In this document: positions 1 through 9,522 of the stretch, in pieces
How the letters are laid out: every line of letters begins with the position of its first letter
Position numbering within the stretch: the stretch's first letter is position 1
Assembly (NCBI GenBank): GCA_036405495.1
Contig: DASWXL010000034.1
Span: forward strand, 1 to 50,861
From: Sphingobacteriaceae bacterium
GTDB lineage: Bacteria; Bacteroidota; Bacteroidia; Sphingobacteriales; Sphingobacteriaceae
Direction of reading: 5' to 3'
Length of the DNA: 50,861 nt
Translations under genes and position numbers: made by a program
The notes under the pieces: generated by a model
The model's input: only the letters and a program-made list of their open reading frames with translations
What the model was told of the DNA's origin: nothing
Databases searched by the model: none

Positions 1-1301
1 CAGGTCTGGATAGACTTGTCGAGCAACTGGTGAATGTCAAACTCCAACGTGACAGGTTGCTGGCCACAACACCTGAGGGAAACCCCGCTTTTGATCCTAT
101 CAACCGGCAGATCGAAACCCTTAAAGAATCTATAAAGGACCATATCTCGGGAATAAAATCCTCCCTGCAGGCAACCCGGCAGCAGCTCCAGGCATTCAAC
201 TCCAATTTTGAAGCGTCGATAAGAGATTTGCCGGTCCAGGAACGTCAGTTTATCAACATCAAGCGGCAACAGGGTATTAAGGAAGAGCTATACGTGTATT
301 TGTTGAAGAAACAGGAGGAAGCCGCGCTCAGCTATGCTTCTACATTGTCGGATAGCCGGACTATCGATCAGGCGTTTTATGGTTCCCCTGTTTCACCGAA
401 TGCCACCTTAACTTTTGGAATGGCGTTACTCTTTGGTCTGATGGTCCCGGTCGGGCTGATTTACGGCCGGCAGATCTTTAATGATCGCATCATCTCTGAT
501 AAGGAGATAAAAGATGCTACGTCTGCCCCTTTACTGGCCGAGCTGGTATACTATGTAAGCTCATCTCCGCTACCGTTAAGAGCCTGGAATTCCGGCATTA
601 TCGCTGAACAGTTCAGAACGCTGCGAACTAACCTTAGCTATTTACATGACAGAGACAGTGGTCGGGTTACTTTACTTACATCAGGTATGCCTGGTGAGGG
701 AAAGAGCTTTATTTCTTGTAACCTGGGTCTCGCATTAGCTTCATGCGACAGAAAAACTGTATTACTTGAACTCGATATGCGCAAACCCGGCGTATCAAAG
801 AATTTCAGTTTGACATCTGAAACTGGTTTAACGGATTACTTAAAAGGAAATGCTTCAATGGAGGAAATAACGCAGCCTTCAGGAGTACATCCAAATCTCT
901 TCATTATCAAGACCGGCCCTCTCCCTGAAAGCCCGGCGGACCTCCTCGGAAATATCAGGCTCGACAATTTAATAGACTGGTTGCGATTCTACTTTAACGA
1001 TATTCTTATCGATACGCCGCCAATACATCTGGTAACAGATGCCATGATAGCTTCCAGATTCAGTGATGTTACACTCTATATCATCAGGCAGGCCTATACA
1101 CACCGATCTGAGCTGGATTACGTGAATGAACTTCAAGCCAAAGGAAAACTGCGGAATTTAAATATCATCTTCAATGGCGTTGAAATGGGAGCCCGGTATA
1201 ATTATAAGACCAACTTCAACTATCGGTACTACACCGTGCCCGATGATCTGAAAAGGCTTGGTCTGGGTTCTGCGTTACAGGGAGTGATAAAACGATTATA
1301 A
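1..1301 (+). CDS. Polysaccharide biosynthesis tyrosine autokinase / chain-length determinant (Wzc/Ptk family), C-terminal part; 5' end lies outside the window
   Basis: The reading frame (phase starting at base 3) is open from the window edge. Walker A GMPGEGKS, Walker A' LLELDMRKP and Walker B ILIDTPP are present. The C-terminal tail is Tyr-rich (YNYKTNFNYRYY), typical of BY-kinases. One TM segment (LTFGMALLFGLMVPVGLIY) precedes the kinase domain. Confidence 0.85.
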   Translation, partial: GLDRLVEQLVNVKLQRDRLLATTPEGNPAFDPINRQIETLKESIKDHISGIKSSLQATRQQLQAFNSNFEASIRDLPVQERQFINIKRQQGIKEELYVYLLKKQEEAALSYASTLSDSRTIDQAFYGSPVSPNATLTFGMALLFGLMVPVGLIYGRQIFNDRIISDKEIKDATSAPLLAELVYYVSSSPLPLRAWNSGIIAEQFRTLRTNLSYLHDRDSGRVTLLTSGMPGEGKSFISCNLGLALASCDRKTVLLELDMRKPGVSKNFSLTSETGLTDYLKGNASMEEITQPSGVHPNLFIIKTGPLPESPADLLGNIRLDNLIDWLRFYFNDILIDTPPIHLVTDAMIASRFSDVTLYIIRQAYTHRSELDYVNELQAKGKLRNLNIIFNGVEMGARYNYKTNFNYRYYTVPDDLKRLGLGSALQGVIKRL

Positions 1302-1311
1302 CAAATGACGC

Positions 1312-1791
1312 ATGGAAACAGATTTGCAATATTCACAAAATCTGCTATCTACATTGAGAGATGTTCGGGTTATAGATCTGCCGAAAATCCACGACCCTCG
1401 TGGCAACCTGTCGTTCATTGAAGAGAACAACCAAATTCCTTTTACGATAAAACGAACGTATTGGACATACGACGTACCCGGAGGAGAAAATCGGGGTTGC
1501 CACGCGTATATTAAAAGCTGTGAATTTATCGTTGCACTTTCAGGTAGCTTTGATATCTGCATCCATGACGGAAAGCAGGAGCAACGGTTCTCTTTGAACC
1601 GATCTTACTACGGAATTTATGTGCCGCAAATGTTGTGGCGAAGAATAGAAAATTTCTCCACCAACTCCCTTGCTTTAGTACTTGCTTCAACGCCCTATAA
1701 AGAATCAGATTATATACGGGATTTTCAAACGTTTTTGATTTCAAAAGAACGATGGAAGGACAGACAAGCAATGTTTACGAGTGTTCAGTGA
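1312..1791 (+). CDS. FdtA/QdtA/WxcM-like cupin, putative dTDP-4-keto-6-deoxyhexose 3,4-ketoisomerase (copy 1)
   Basis: DPRGNLSFIE...IPFTIKRTYWTYDVPGGENRGCHAY...LVLAS..Y.ESDYIRDF matches the FdtA family signature. The usual HAH is HAY here. Confidence 0.75.
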   Translation: METDLQYSQNLLSTLRDVRVIDLPKIHDPRGNLSFIEENNQIPFTIKRTYWTYDVPGGENRGCHAYIKSCEFIVALSGSFDICIHDGKQEQRFSLNRSYYGIYVPQMLWRRIENFSTNSLALVLASTPYKESDYIRDFQTFLISKERWKDRQAMFTSVQ

Positions 1792-2204
1792 TTGAATTGC
1801 CGCAGATATCCGACAGGTCGGGTAACATCACCCCTGTTGAGAGTGAGATACCATTTTCTGTCAAGCGGGTCTATTACCTGTATGATGTACCGGGCGGCGA
1901 GATGAGAGGCGGACATGCACATCGCGAACTACAACAATTGATTATAGCCGCCAGCGGGAGCTTCGATGTCGTTATCGATGACGGAAAAATAAAGCGAACA
2001 ATCACTCTTAACCGCCCTAACTACGGTCTTAATGTGAAGCCGGGTATCTGGAGGGAGCTTTACAATTTTTCGTCCGGCTCAGTTTTGCTTGTTCTTGCTT
2101 CCATGATCTACAGCGAGGAAGATTATTTCAGAAACTATAACGATTTCATACTTTTTAAAAATGGTCCGGTCTACACGCCGGCAATCCCAAATGTTAACCC
2201 TTAA
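1752..2204 (+). CDS. FdtA/QdtA/WxcM-like cupin, putative 3,4-ketoisomerase (copy 2)
   Basis: DRSGNITPVE..IPFSVKRVYYLYDVPGGEMRGGHAH...LVLAS..YSEEDYFRNY carries the canonical RGxHAH motif. It overlaps copy 1 by 40 nt. Confidence 0.8.
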   Translation: MEGQTSNVYECSVIELPQISDRSGNITPVESEIPFSVKRVYYLYDVPGGEMRGGHAHRELQQLIIAASGSFDVVIDDGKIKRTITLNRPNYGLNVKPGIWRELYNFSSGSVLLVLASMIYSEEDYFRNYNDFILFKNGPVYTPAIPNVNP

Positions 2205-2214
2205 ATAACTCAAT

Positions 2215-2481
2215 ATGACAACTCATGAACTTATCCGGCAGTATATTCTTGACGCCTCGTTATCCGACAACGGTAGTATCAGCGATGATACGTTGATTTT
2301 CGAACAGGGCCTGCTCGATTCAATGGGACTGCTTTTTCTCGTCCAATTTCTGAATGACGAACTGCAGGTAAGGGCCGAGGATCATGAACTGAGTAAGGAA
2401 AACTTCGAATCCATCAATGCGATCGTCAGTTATATAAACAAAAAACGGCAGACCGGTCCTGTTGTAGCTGCAAACCTGTAA
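2215..2481 (+). CDS. Acyl carrier protein (phosphopantetheine attachment)
   Basis: 88 aa and acidic, with the LLDSMGLLFLV motif (DSx with the Ser attachment site) at the usual helix II position. Confidence 0.8.
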   Translation: MTTHELIRQYILDASLSDNGSISDDTLIFEQGLLDSMGLLFLVQFLNDELQVRAEDHELSKENFESINAIVSYINKKRQTGPVVAANL

Positions 2482-2491
2482 AGGTAGATCT

Positions 2492-4468
2492 ATGTGCGGA
2501 ATTGCCGGATTTTATCCAAGTATCCAAAAAGACGCATCGGCAGAAGTTCTGCGTCGGATGCTCACCCGAATAAAGCATCGGGGGCCAGATCAAAGCGGTA
2601 TATACATTGATAAAGACGTCGCCATTGGAAGCGTAAGGCTGAGTATAGTCGATATCGCTGCAGGGGGAATGCCTTTGTCAAACGGCGACAATACTTTGTG
2701 GATCACGTTTAATGGCGAAGTTTTCAATTATATTGAATTGAGGGATGGCCTTAAAAAAAGGGGCCACTACTTTAAAACGGACAGTGATACTGAAGTAGTT
2801 CTACATCTGTATGAAGAATATGGTCCTTCTTTTTTGAATAAATTAAACGGACAATTTGCCATTGCGATATGGGACCGCAGGCAGAACCATCTGTTTCTGG
2901 CCCGGGATCGGGTCGGTATCCGGCCGCTGTTCTACACGAAGATCAACAACAATTTCGTTTTCGCTTCAGAAGTAAAAGCCTTGTTGGATTATCCGGGAAT
3001 AAGGCCACGAATTTCGCCAATTGCCCTGTCTCAGGTGTTTACCTTCTGGACGACAATCAGTCCCAACACGGTCTTCCAGGACATATTTGAGGTCCCGCCT
3101 GGTCACTATATCACAGTCACTTCAACAGGTTTCAAAGTGAAATGCTATTGGGAGCTGCCTTTGTATAGGCCTGAAATAGCCCACAATGTAAAATTAGATA
3201 AGGCTATCAGCGAGTTCACTGAAGTTTTTTCTGACGCGGTGCGTCTCAGGCTGCGTGCCGATGTTCCTGTAGGCGCCTACTTAAGCGGAGGCATTGACTC
3301 GTGTGTTACCACTTCATTCATTAAAAGTATTGGACATGAAGACCTCCGGACCTTTTCGATAGGATTTAACGATCCGGATTTTGATGAAACTTCGTATCAA
3401 AATGAAGCTGCAAACTATTTTAAAACTAACCATTCGTATCTCAAATGTAACTACGCCGACATCGCAAACAGTTTTACGTCAGTAGTGTGGTACTCAGAAA
3501 CACCGCTGCTGAGAACGGCCCCCGGGCCAATGTATCTGCTGTCAAAAAAAGTCAGAGATAGCCAGTTTAAGGTTGTGATAACCGGAGAAGGAGCTGACGA
3601 ACTTCTGGGTGGATATGACATCTTTAAAGAAGCTCTCATCCGGCAATTTTGGGCAAAGGATCCCGGCTCAAGCATACGCCCGGCACTTCTCAGAAGGCTC
3701 TACCCCTATCTTCCGCAAATGAATGATCCGAATATCTCTGCATTGAAGTTCTTCTATAGTTACAGGTTAAAGGAGACACAATCACCTATATATTCTCATT
3801 TGCTTCGGTGGAACAACACATCCAGAATTAGAAATTATCTTTCGCATGACTATAAAACGGCCATTGCTGACTATGATCCTGTTGATGAAGTTCTGCAGAA
3901 AGCGGAAAATAAACTTTGGGGTCACGACCTTCTGACCCGGGCACAATGGCTGGAAATACAGCTTTTTATGTCCGGTTACCTGCTCTCGTCTCAGGGCGAC
4001 CGCATGGCAATGGCAAATTCGGTAGAAGGAAGGTACCCGTTTCTGGACTATCGGGTAATCGACCTCTGCATGAAACTGCCGGCAAAGTTTAAGCTATCCG
4101 GACTAAATGAAAAGGTTCTTTTAAAGCGCATGATGACCGGCAAGCTACCTCCACGAATATTGAGGCGATCGAAACAACCGTACAGGGCGCCTATTTCCGA
4201 ATGCTTCCTCGGACCTGATGCACCGGCCTTCGTTCGAAATATGTTATCACCAAAGCAAATAGATTCAACAGGCATTTTTGATCCTGACAAGGTGAGTCAA
4301 CTCCTGAAAAAAGCGAACTTTAAAGGCAGGATGACCGAAACTGAAAATATGGCAATTACGGGCATCTTATCTACTCAGCTTCTTTACAAACTTTTCATTG
4401 ACAAGGCGACTCCTCATCTGCCTGACAGACCACTGCACAACTGCACTATCTATATCATAACAGATTGA
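2492..4468 (+). CDS. Asparagine synthetase B-type glutamine amidotransferase (AsnB-like paralog)
   Basis: N-terminal MCGIAG (Cys2 Ntn nucleophile) and a PP-loop YLSGGIDS in the synthetase domain. At 658 aa it has typical class II GATase + Asn_synthase architecture. Confidence 0.9.
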   Translation: MCGIAGFYPSIQKDASAEVLRRMLTRIKHRGPDQSGIYIDKDVAIGSVRLSIVDIAAGGMPLSNGDNTLWITFNGEVFNYIELRDGLKKRGHYFKTDSDTEVVLHLYEEYGPSFLNKLNGQFAIAIWDRRQNHLFLARDRVGIRPLFYTKINNNFVFASEVKALLDYPGIRPRISPIALSQVFTFWTTISPNTVFQDIFEVPPGHYITVTSTGFKVKCYWELPLYRPEIAHNVKLDKAISEFTEVFSDAVRLRLRADVPVGAYLSGGIDSCVTTSFIKSIGHEDLRTFSIGFNDPDFDETSYQNEAANYFKTNHSYLKCNYADIANSFTSVVWYSETPLLRTAPGPMYLLSKKVRDSQFKVVITGEGADELLGGYDIFKEALIRQFWAKDPGSSIRPALLRRLYPYLPQMNDPNISALKFFYSYRLKETQSPIYSHLLRWNNTSRIRNYLSHDYKTAIADYDPVDEVLQKAENKLWGHDLLTRAQWLEIQLFMSGYLLSSQGDRMAMANSVEGRYPFLDYRVIDLCMKLPAKFKLSGLNEKVLLKRMMTGKLPPRILRRSKQPYRAPISECFLGPDAPAFVRNMLSPKQIDSTGIFDPDKVSQLLKKANFKGRMTETENMAITGILSTQLLYKLFIDKATPHLPDRPLHNCTIYIITD

Positions 4469-4489
4469 TTTACCTCTATAGTGATAAGC

Positions 4490-5470
4490 ATGGAAACAAG
4501 GTTAAGTGTTTTTTCGGAAAGAAGGTTACGCATCGACGCTGAAAGCGTTTGTCAAAACCTTGTTAACAAACTCAAAAAAGATATCTTATATAATCTAAAC
4601 CGGAAATTTGCTGTGGTAGGGATTAGTGGCGGAATCGACTCGTCCGTGACACTGGCTCTTGCCGTTCGGGCATTGGGGCCTGATCATGTCATTGGCGTAA
4701 TCTTGCCGGAACGAGACTCAAGTCCGGAAAGCCAGAAATATGCGCAACAGTTAGCCGAAAAGTTCGGCGTAAAAACCATTGTTGAAGACATATCCGATGC
4801 CTTAAAAGGATTGGGTTGTTACCGGCGGCGTGACGAAGCGATCGCGAGGGTCGTTCCCGGTTTTGACCCTGATACAGACAGAGCGAAAATAGTGATCAAG
4901 CAAAACATAGAAAGCAGCATCCCAGCTATTTTTTCGGTAGTTGCAATAAAGCCTAACGGCAAACAATATACCAGGCTGCTCCCGGCGAAAGAGTACCTTG
5001 AGATTGTCGCCGCCACGAATTTTAAACAAAGAACCAGAATGTCTATGCTTTACTTCCATGCCGAGCGACTTCACGCTGCCGTGGTTGGCACGCCTAACAA
5101 ACATGAGGTGGAACAAGGCTTTTTTGTGAAACACGGCGACGGGGCAGCTGACATTATGCCGATCGGAGGTCTTTACAAAACCCAGGTTTATCAGTTGGCG
5201 AATTTTCTGGGTGTACCAGCGGAAATTATTAAACGCACTCCGACAACAGATACCTACACTGCGGAACAAACACAAGAGGAATTCTTTTATCAACTTCCCT
5301 TTGAGATGATGGACCTTTTGTGGCATGCATGGGAAAATGAATATCCGGCAGAAATTCTCGCCGAAGAATTGGACAAACCAGCAACGAAAATTAAAAACAT
5401 CTACCAGAGCTTCGAGCGCAAGAGAAAAGCCACCAGCTACCTAAGAATGGCGCCAATCTTCTATAAATAA
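4490..5470 (+). CDS. NadE-type PP-loop ATP pyrophosphatase (NH3-dependent NAD+ synthetase family paralog)
   Basis: PP-loop GISGGIDSS and the NadE-like block FKQRTRMSMLYFHAE...GTPNKHEVEQGFFVKHGDGAADIMPIGGLYKTQVYQLA. I prefer the ATG at 4490 over the GTG at 4481. Confidence 0.8.
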   Translation: METRLSVFSERRLRIDAESVCQNLVNKLKKDILYNLNRKFAVVGISGGIDSSVTLALAVRALGPDHVIGVILPERDSSPESQKYAQQLAEKFGVKTIVEDISDALKGLGCYRRRDEAIARVVPGFDPDTDRAKIVIKQNIESSIPAIFSVVAIKPNGKQYTRLLPAKEYLEIVAATNFKQRTRMSMLYFHAERLHAAVVGTPNKHEVEQGFFVKHGDGAADIMPIGGLYKTQVYQLANFLGVPAEIIKRTPTTDTYTAEQTQEEFFYQLPFEMMDLLWHAWENEYPAEILAEELDKPATKIKNIYQSFERKRKATSYLRMAPIFYK

Positions 5471-5486
5471 AAGGTCTGTTATCCGC

Positions 5487-6983
5487 ATGAACGCATTCGA
5501 CTACTTTTTTAAGACATCAAGATCTTTGGACAAGAACTTTGTAATTGGACCAGAAGAAGAAGCATCCTTCAAAGAAATCTACGAAGACAGTCTGAGGATT
5601 GCGGATTATCTGCGGTCAGTAATTGGTCAGGAGAAAAATATCCTGTTAATCGCAAATAATTCCGTTTTCTTTATCAAAGTATACCTGGCGATCCTCAAAT
5701 CAGGAAATATCTGCGTGCCTGTAAATCCGTTAACCGAACAAAAGACTATAGACTTTATCACTGATGTTACAAAGAGTAAATATGTATTTCAATCTGAAAG
5801 TCCCCCTTTTAACAAAAAACTTGACGGAGTAATTAAAGTCAGCGATGCTGATATCAAAGTTCTGAGACAAAGACAGCTATTGAATCCAAAAACAATCTCA
5901 GAAAATTTCGATCCCGACCGCACAGCCGAAATATTGTTTACCTCGGGATCGACTGGTACGCCGAAGGGCGTAGAACTTAGTCATCGGAATCTTTGCAGCA
6001 ACACCCAGGCGATTACTGAATACCTGAACCTGAGCTCGGCAGACATTATGAGTGTCGTGTTACCATTTTCGTACTGCTACGGACTATCGCTGCTCCATAC
6101 GCATTTAAGAGTTGGAGGCTCCCTTGTATTAAATAATAGCTTTATTTTCCTCGGGAAGGTCATTTCAGACATGAAAAAATACAGATGCACCGGTTTTGCC
6201 GGTGTTCCCAGTCATTTCCAGATTTTGCTCCGGAAGGCTGCGTCATTTTTGGGAAGCAAGTTGCCGGATCTCAGGTTCGTGACCCAGGCCGGGGGCAAAC
6301 TTCATGATGTGTTTATCAGGGAATTCCTGGACGGCTTTCCAGGAGTTGATTTTTTTACAATGTATGGTCAAACTGAGGCCACAGCACGTTTAGCCTACCT
6401 ATCGCCTGCCCTCCTGCCGAGTAAAGCCGGATCCGTTGGAAAAGCGATCCCCGGTGTCGTGTTGATGGTGGTTAATGACCAGTTTATTCCGGTCAGAGCC
6501 GGGGAAATTGGCGAGATCATTGCCAAAGGCGACAACATCATGAAAGGTTACTATAACGCTCCCGAAGAAACAAAAAATGTTATGACGAGCGGCTGGTTGC
6601 ACACCGGTGACCTGGCGACAATTGATAGTGAGGGGTTTATCTACATAGTTGGTCGAAAAAAAGATATCATAAAAGTTGGCGGTAGAAGGGTCAGCCCACG
6701 GGAAATCGAGGATGTGATTTTGTCCGTACCAGGAGTGATCGATTGTGCAATCGAAGGCATATACGACGATCTCCTGGGAGAAGCTATCAGGGCCAGCGTA
6801 GTTGTTACGGAACGGTGCAACAGAGCCAAAACGGAAGAGAAAATTCGAAAAACATGTATCAAAAACCTTTCCCTCTACAAAGTACCACAAATCATTTGCT
6901 TTGAAGATGCCCTTATGTTAAATCCTTCAGGTAAGAAGGTGATACGGATCTCGCCGAACGTTCAATTATCCGCAAATCCATAA
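5487..6983 (+). CDS. Adenylate-forming acyl-CoA/acyl-ACP ligase (AMP-binding family)
   Basis: AMP-binding core motifs FTSGSTGTPKG, YGQTEA and HTGDLA...GRKKDIIKVGG, with a C-terminal PSGKK lysine motif. Confidence 0.85.
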   Translation: MNAFDYFFKTSRSLDKNFVIGPEEEASFKEIYEDSLRIADYLRSVIGQEKNILLIANNSVFFIKVYLAILKSGNICVPVNPLTEQKTIDFITDVTKSKYVFQSESPPFNKKLDGVIKVSDADIKVLRQRQLLNPKTISENFDPDRTAEILFTSGSTGTPKGVELSHRNLCSNTQAITEYLNLSSADIMSVVLPFSYCYGLSLLHTHLRVGGSLVLNNSFIFLGKVISDMKKYRCTGFAGVPSHFQILLRKAASFLGSKLPDLRFVTQAGGKLHDVFIREFLDGFPGVDFFTMYGQTEATARLAYLSPALLPSKAGSVGKAIPGVVLMVVNDQFIPVRAGEIGEIIAKGDNIMKGYYNAPEETKNVMTSGWLHTGDLATIDSEGFIYIVGRKKDIIKVGGRRVSPREIEDVILSVPGVIDCAIEGIYDDLLGEAIRASVVVTERCNRAKTEEKIRKTCIKNLSLYKVPQIICFEDALMLNPSGKKVIRISPNVQLSANP

Positions 6984-6991
6984 ACACTCAT

Positions 6992-7774
6992 ATGACCCGG
7001 TTTAATAAAATCTATTCGATAAGTCCGTCTGCACGGATTGGCCGAAATGTTAGAATTGGCCAGAATTGTATCATTCATGACAACGTTGAAATTGGCGATG
7101 ACAGTGTAATATGCGAAAACTGTATTATCGGGGAACCCGGTGTTAATTCATATTACGATACTGAATATCAGAACCCGTTAACCCGCATCGGTGCAAATTC
7201 AATAATAAGAAGCGGCTCTGTAATCTATTCCGGAAGTATTTTTGGCGAGGGCTTCAAAACCGGCAACCTGGTTTCGATCAGAGAAAATACAGTATTCGGA
7301 AAAAATTGCGTAGCCGGAACACAATCCGATATTCAGGGGAATGTGGTATTCGGCGACTACTGCCGCTTGAACAGCCATGTTCAGATTTCCTCCAAATGTG
7401 TATTCGGCAGCTTTGTCTTTATTTATCCCTTTGTGGTTTTTACAAATGACCCACACCCTCCATCAAATGTTCTGATGGGAACTGTCGTCGGCGATTTCTC
7501 GCAGATAGCGGCGGGCGCAATAATATTACCGGGAGTTAAGATCGGGAAACACAGTCTCATTGGTGCAAACTCCCTGATTAGCCGCAATGTTGGCGATTTT
7601 GAACTGCACTCGGGAAACCCGGCCACTAAGGTATGTAACCTTAATTATATCCTGTCAAAAGAAAAGAGCGGGTCACATTATCCGTGGCCATGTAACTATG
7701 ATAAAGGCCTGCCGTGGCAAGGCAAAGACTTCAATGAATGGCTCAATTCAGAAGAAGGTAAGATCTATGCATAG
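6992..7774 (+). CDS. Left-handed beta-helix (hexapeptide repeat) acyltransferase
   Basis: Repeated [LIV]G-x4 hexapeptides (IGRNVRIGQNCIIHDNVEIGDDSVI...) and the TNDPHPP motif seen in sugar N-acyltransferases. Confidence 0.75.
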   Translation: MTRFNKIYSISPSARIGRNVRIGQNCIIHDNVEIGDDSVICENCIIGEPGVNSYYDTEYQNPLTRIGANSIIRSGSVIYSGSIFGEGFKTGNLVSIRENTVFGKNCVAGTQSDIQGNVVFGDYCRLNSHVQISSKCVFGSFVFIYPFVVFTNDPHPPSNVLMGTVVGDFSQIAAGAIILPGVKIGKHSLIGANSLISRNVGDFELHSGNPATKVCNLNYILSKEKSGSHYPWPCNYDKGLPWQGKDFNEWLNSEEGKIYA

Positions 7775-7854
7775 ACAACAAAAAACCCAATCGTTCATTC
7801 TTACAATCAGAACACCCGGCGACACCCTTAGGTTGGCCAGGTGACTCACAGGCG

Positions 7855-8406
7855 ATGGCTTCAACAATACACCGAACCGCTGAAGTTCAAACGGTCAATA
7901 TTGGCGATGGAACAATAATATGGCAATACTGCGTAGTACTACCCGGAGCAATAATCGGAAACGACTGTAACATTAATTGCAACGTCTTTATTGAAAATAA
8001 TGTTCGGATCGGCAATAACGTCACCGTAAAATCAGGTGTGCAGTTATATGACGGAGTATCGGTAGCTGATAATGTTTTTATCGGCCCCAATGTGACGTTT
8101 ACCAATGACCTTATTCCAAGATCTAAAAATCGCAATGCAGTCTGCGTTCCAACTAAGCTTCAAAGGGGCGCTTCAATCGGTGCAAATTCAACGATCATTG
8201 CCGGAGTGATAATTGGTGAATTTTCCCTGGTTGGTGCTGGCAGCGTTGTGACCCGTGATATCCCACCCTATACAGTTTGGTATGGTAATCCGGCAAAGCA
8301 TCGTGGATATATCACTGAATCCGGCGTACTGCTTAATGAGCACCTTATCTGCAAAGAAGGAAAACAATACATCTTAGAAAACAATATTCCGATCGTAAAT
8401 GGTTAA
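7855..8406 (+). CDS. LbH sugar N-acetyltransferase, FdtC/QdtC/WxcM-N-like
   Basis: Hexapeptide repeats, FTNDLIPRS and WYGNPAK. Its size (183 aa) and its position directly before the DegT aminotransferase both fit. Confidence 0.8.
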   Translation: MASTIHRTAEVQTVNIGDGTIIWQYCVVLPGAIIGNDCNINCNVFIENNVRIGNNVTVKSGVQLYDGVSVADNVFIGPNVTFTNDLIPRSKNRNAVCVPTKLQRGASIGANSTIIAGVIIGEFSLVGAGSVVTRDIPPYTVWYGNPAKHRGYITESGVLLNEHLICKEGKQYILENNIPIVNG

Positions 8407-9496
8407 GTTCCTGGATCTGCAAAAAATAACACAGCAAAACGCTACAGAATTTAAAGAAGCTGTAAATCGTGTAATTGACTCCGGATGGTATTTGTTAGGA
8501 AATGAAGTGCGGGAATTCGAGCAGAATTACTCAGCATTTTGTTCTGTTAATCATACGGTTGCAGTTGCTAATGGACTGGATGCACTCCGACTAATATTAC
8601 GCGGATATATAGAAATGGGGATAATTAGTTACGGCGACGAGATCATAGTGCCGGCTAACACCTACATTGCAACCATTCTTGCCATTACGGATAATCGACT
8701 GACACCGGTATTTGTAGAACCCACCACTGATACTTACAATATCGATGTTCAAAAGATTGAAAATTCCATAACCGCTAAAACAAAGGCTATAATGATTGTC
8801 CACCTGTACGGACAATGTGCTTATAACTCTGCTATAGAAAACATTAGCAAAAAATTTGGACTGAAACTTATTGAAGATAATGCCCAGGCCCAGGGAGCCA
8901 CATACCATGGGAGACCAACCGGCTCGCTGGGCGACGCCGCCGGGACAAGCTTTTATCCCGGAAAGAACCTCGGCGCCTTTGGTGACGCGGGAGCAGTTAC
9001 AACCAACGATGCATCGTTGGCTGAAACTATAAGGAAACTTGCAAACTATGGTTCTCAGATCAAGTATGTTAATGAATATGCGGGACTAAATAGCCGAATG
9101 GATGAGATACAGGCAGCGGTATTGAATGTAAAACTCAAGTACCTCGCCGATAACACAAAAAAACGGCGGGCAATTGCCGCAACGTACCGGGATCAGATCA
9201 ATAACCCCAAAATTATTTTACCTGCCGTTATCGATGAAGAAGGCCATGTTTGGCATCTGTTTGTAGTAAGCACCGCCAATAGAGATAGGCTTCAGCGCTA
9301 TTTAACAGACAACAATATCGAAACTATAATTCATTATCCTATACCGCCATACAAACAAAAGGCATATCATAACTGGAATAAGCATTGTTATCCGATTACC
9401 GATAAAATTCATCGGGAGATCCTCAGCTTACCCATAAGTCCGATTATGAGCCAGGATGACATTCAACGGGTAATAAAGGCCGTGAATAATTACTGA
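8399..9496 (+). CDS. DegT/DnrJ/EryC1/StrS family PLP aminotransferase (FdtB/QdtB-like)
   Basis: Family blocks [30 protein letters not shown] and [15 protein letters not shown] (PLP lysine region). An 8-nt ATGGTTAA overlap with the upstream gene suggests translational coupling. Confidence 0.9.
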   Translation: MVKFLDLQKITQQNATEFKEAVNRVIDSGWYLLGNEVREFEQNYSAFCSVNHTVAVANGLDALRLILRGYIEMGIISYGDEIIVPANTYIATILAITDNRLTPVFVEPTTDTYNIDVQKIENSITAKTKAIMIVHLYGQCAYNSAIENISKKFGLKLIEDNAQAQGATYHGRPTGSLGDAAGTSFYPGKNLGAFGDAGAVTTNDASLAETIRKLANYGSQIKYVNEYAGLNSRMDEIQAAVLNVKLKYLADNTKKRRAIAATYRDQINNPKIILPAVIDEEGHVWHLFVVSTANRDRLQRYLTDNNIETIIHYPIPPYKQKAYHNWNKHCYPITDKIHREILSLPISPIMSQDDIQRVIKAVNNY

Positions 9497-9522
9497 ACTC
9501 CCAATAGTCAATATCTCATATC

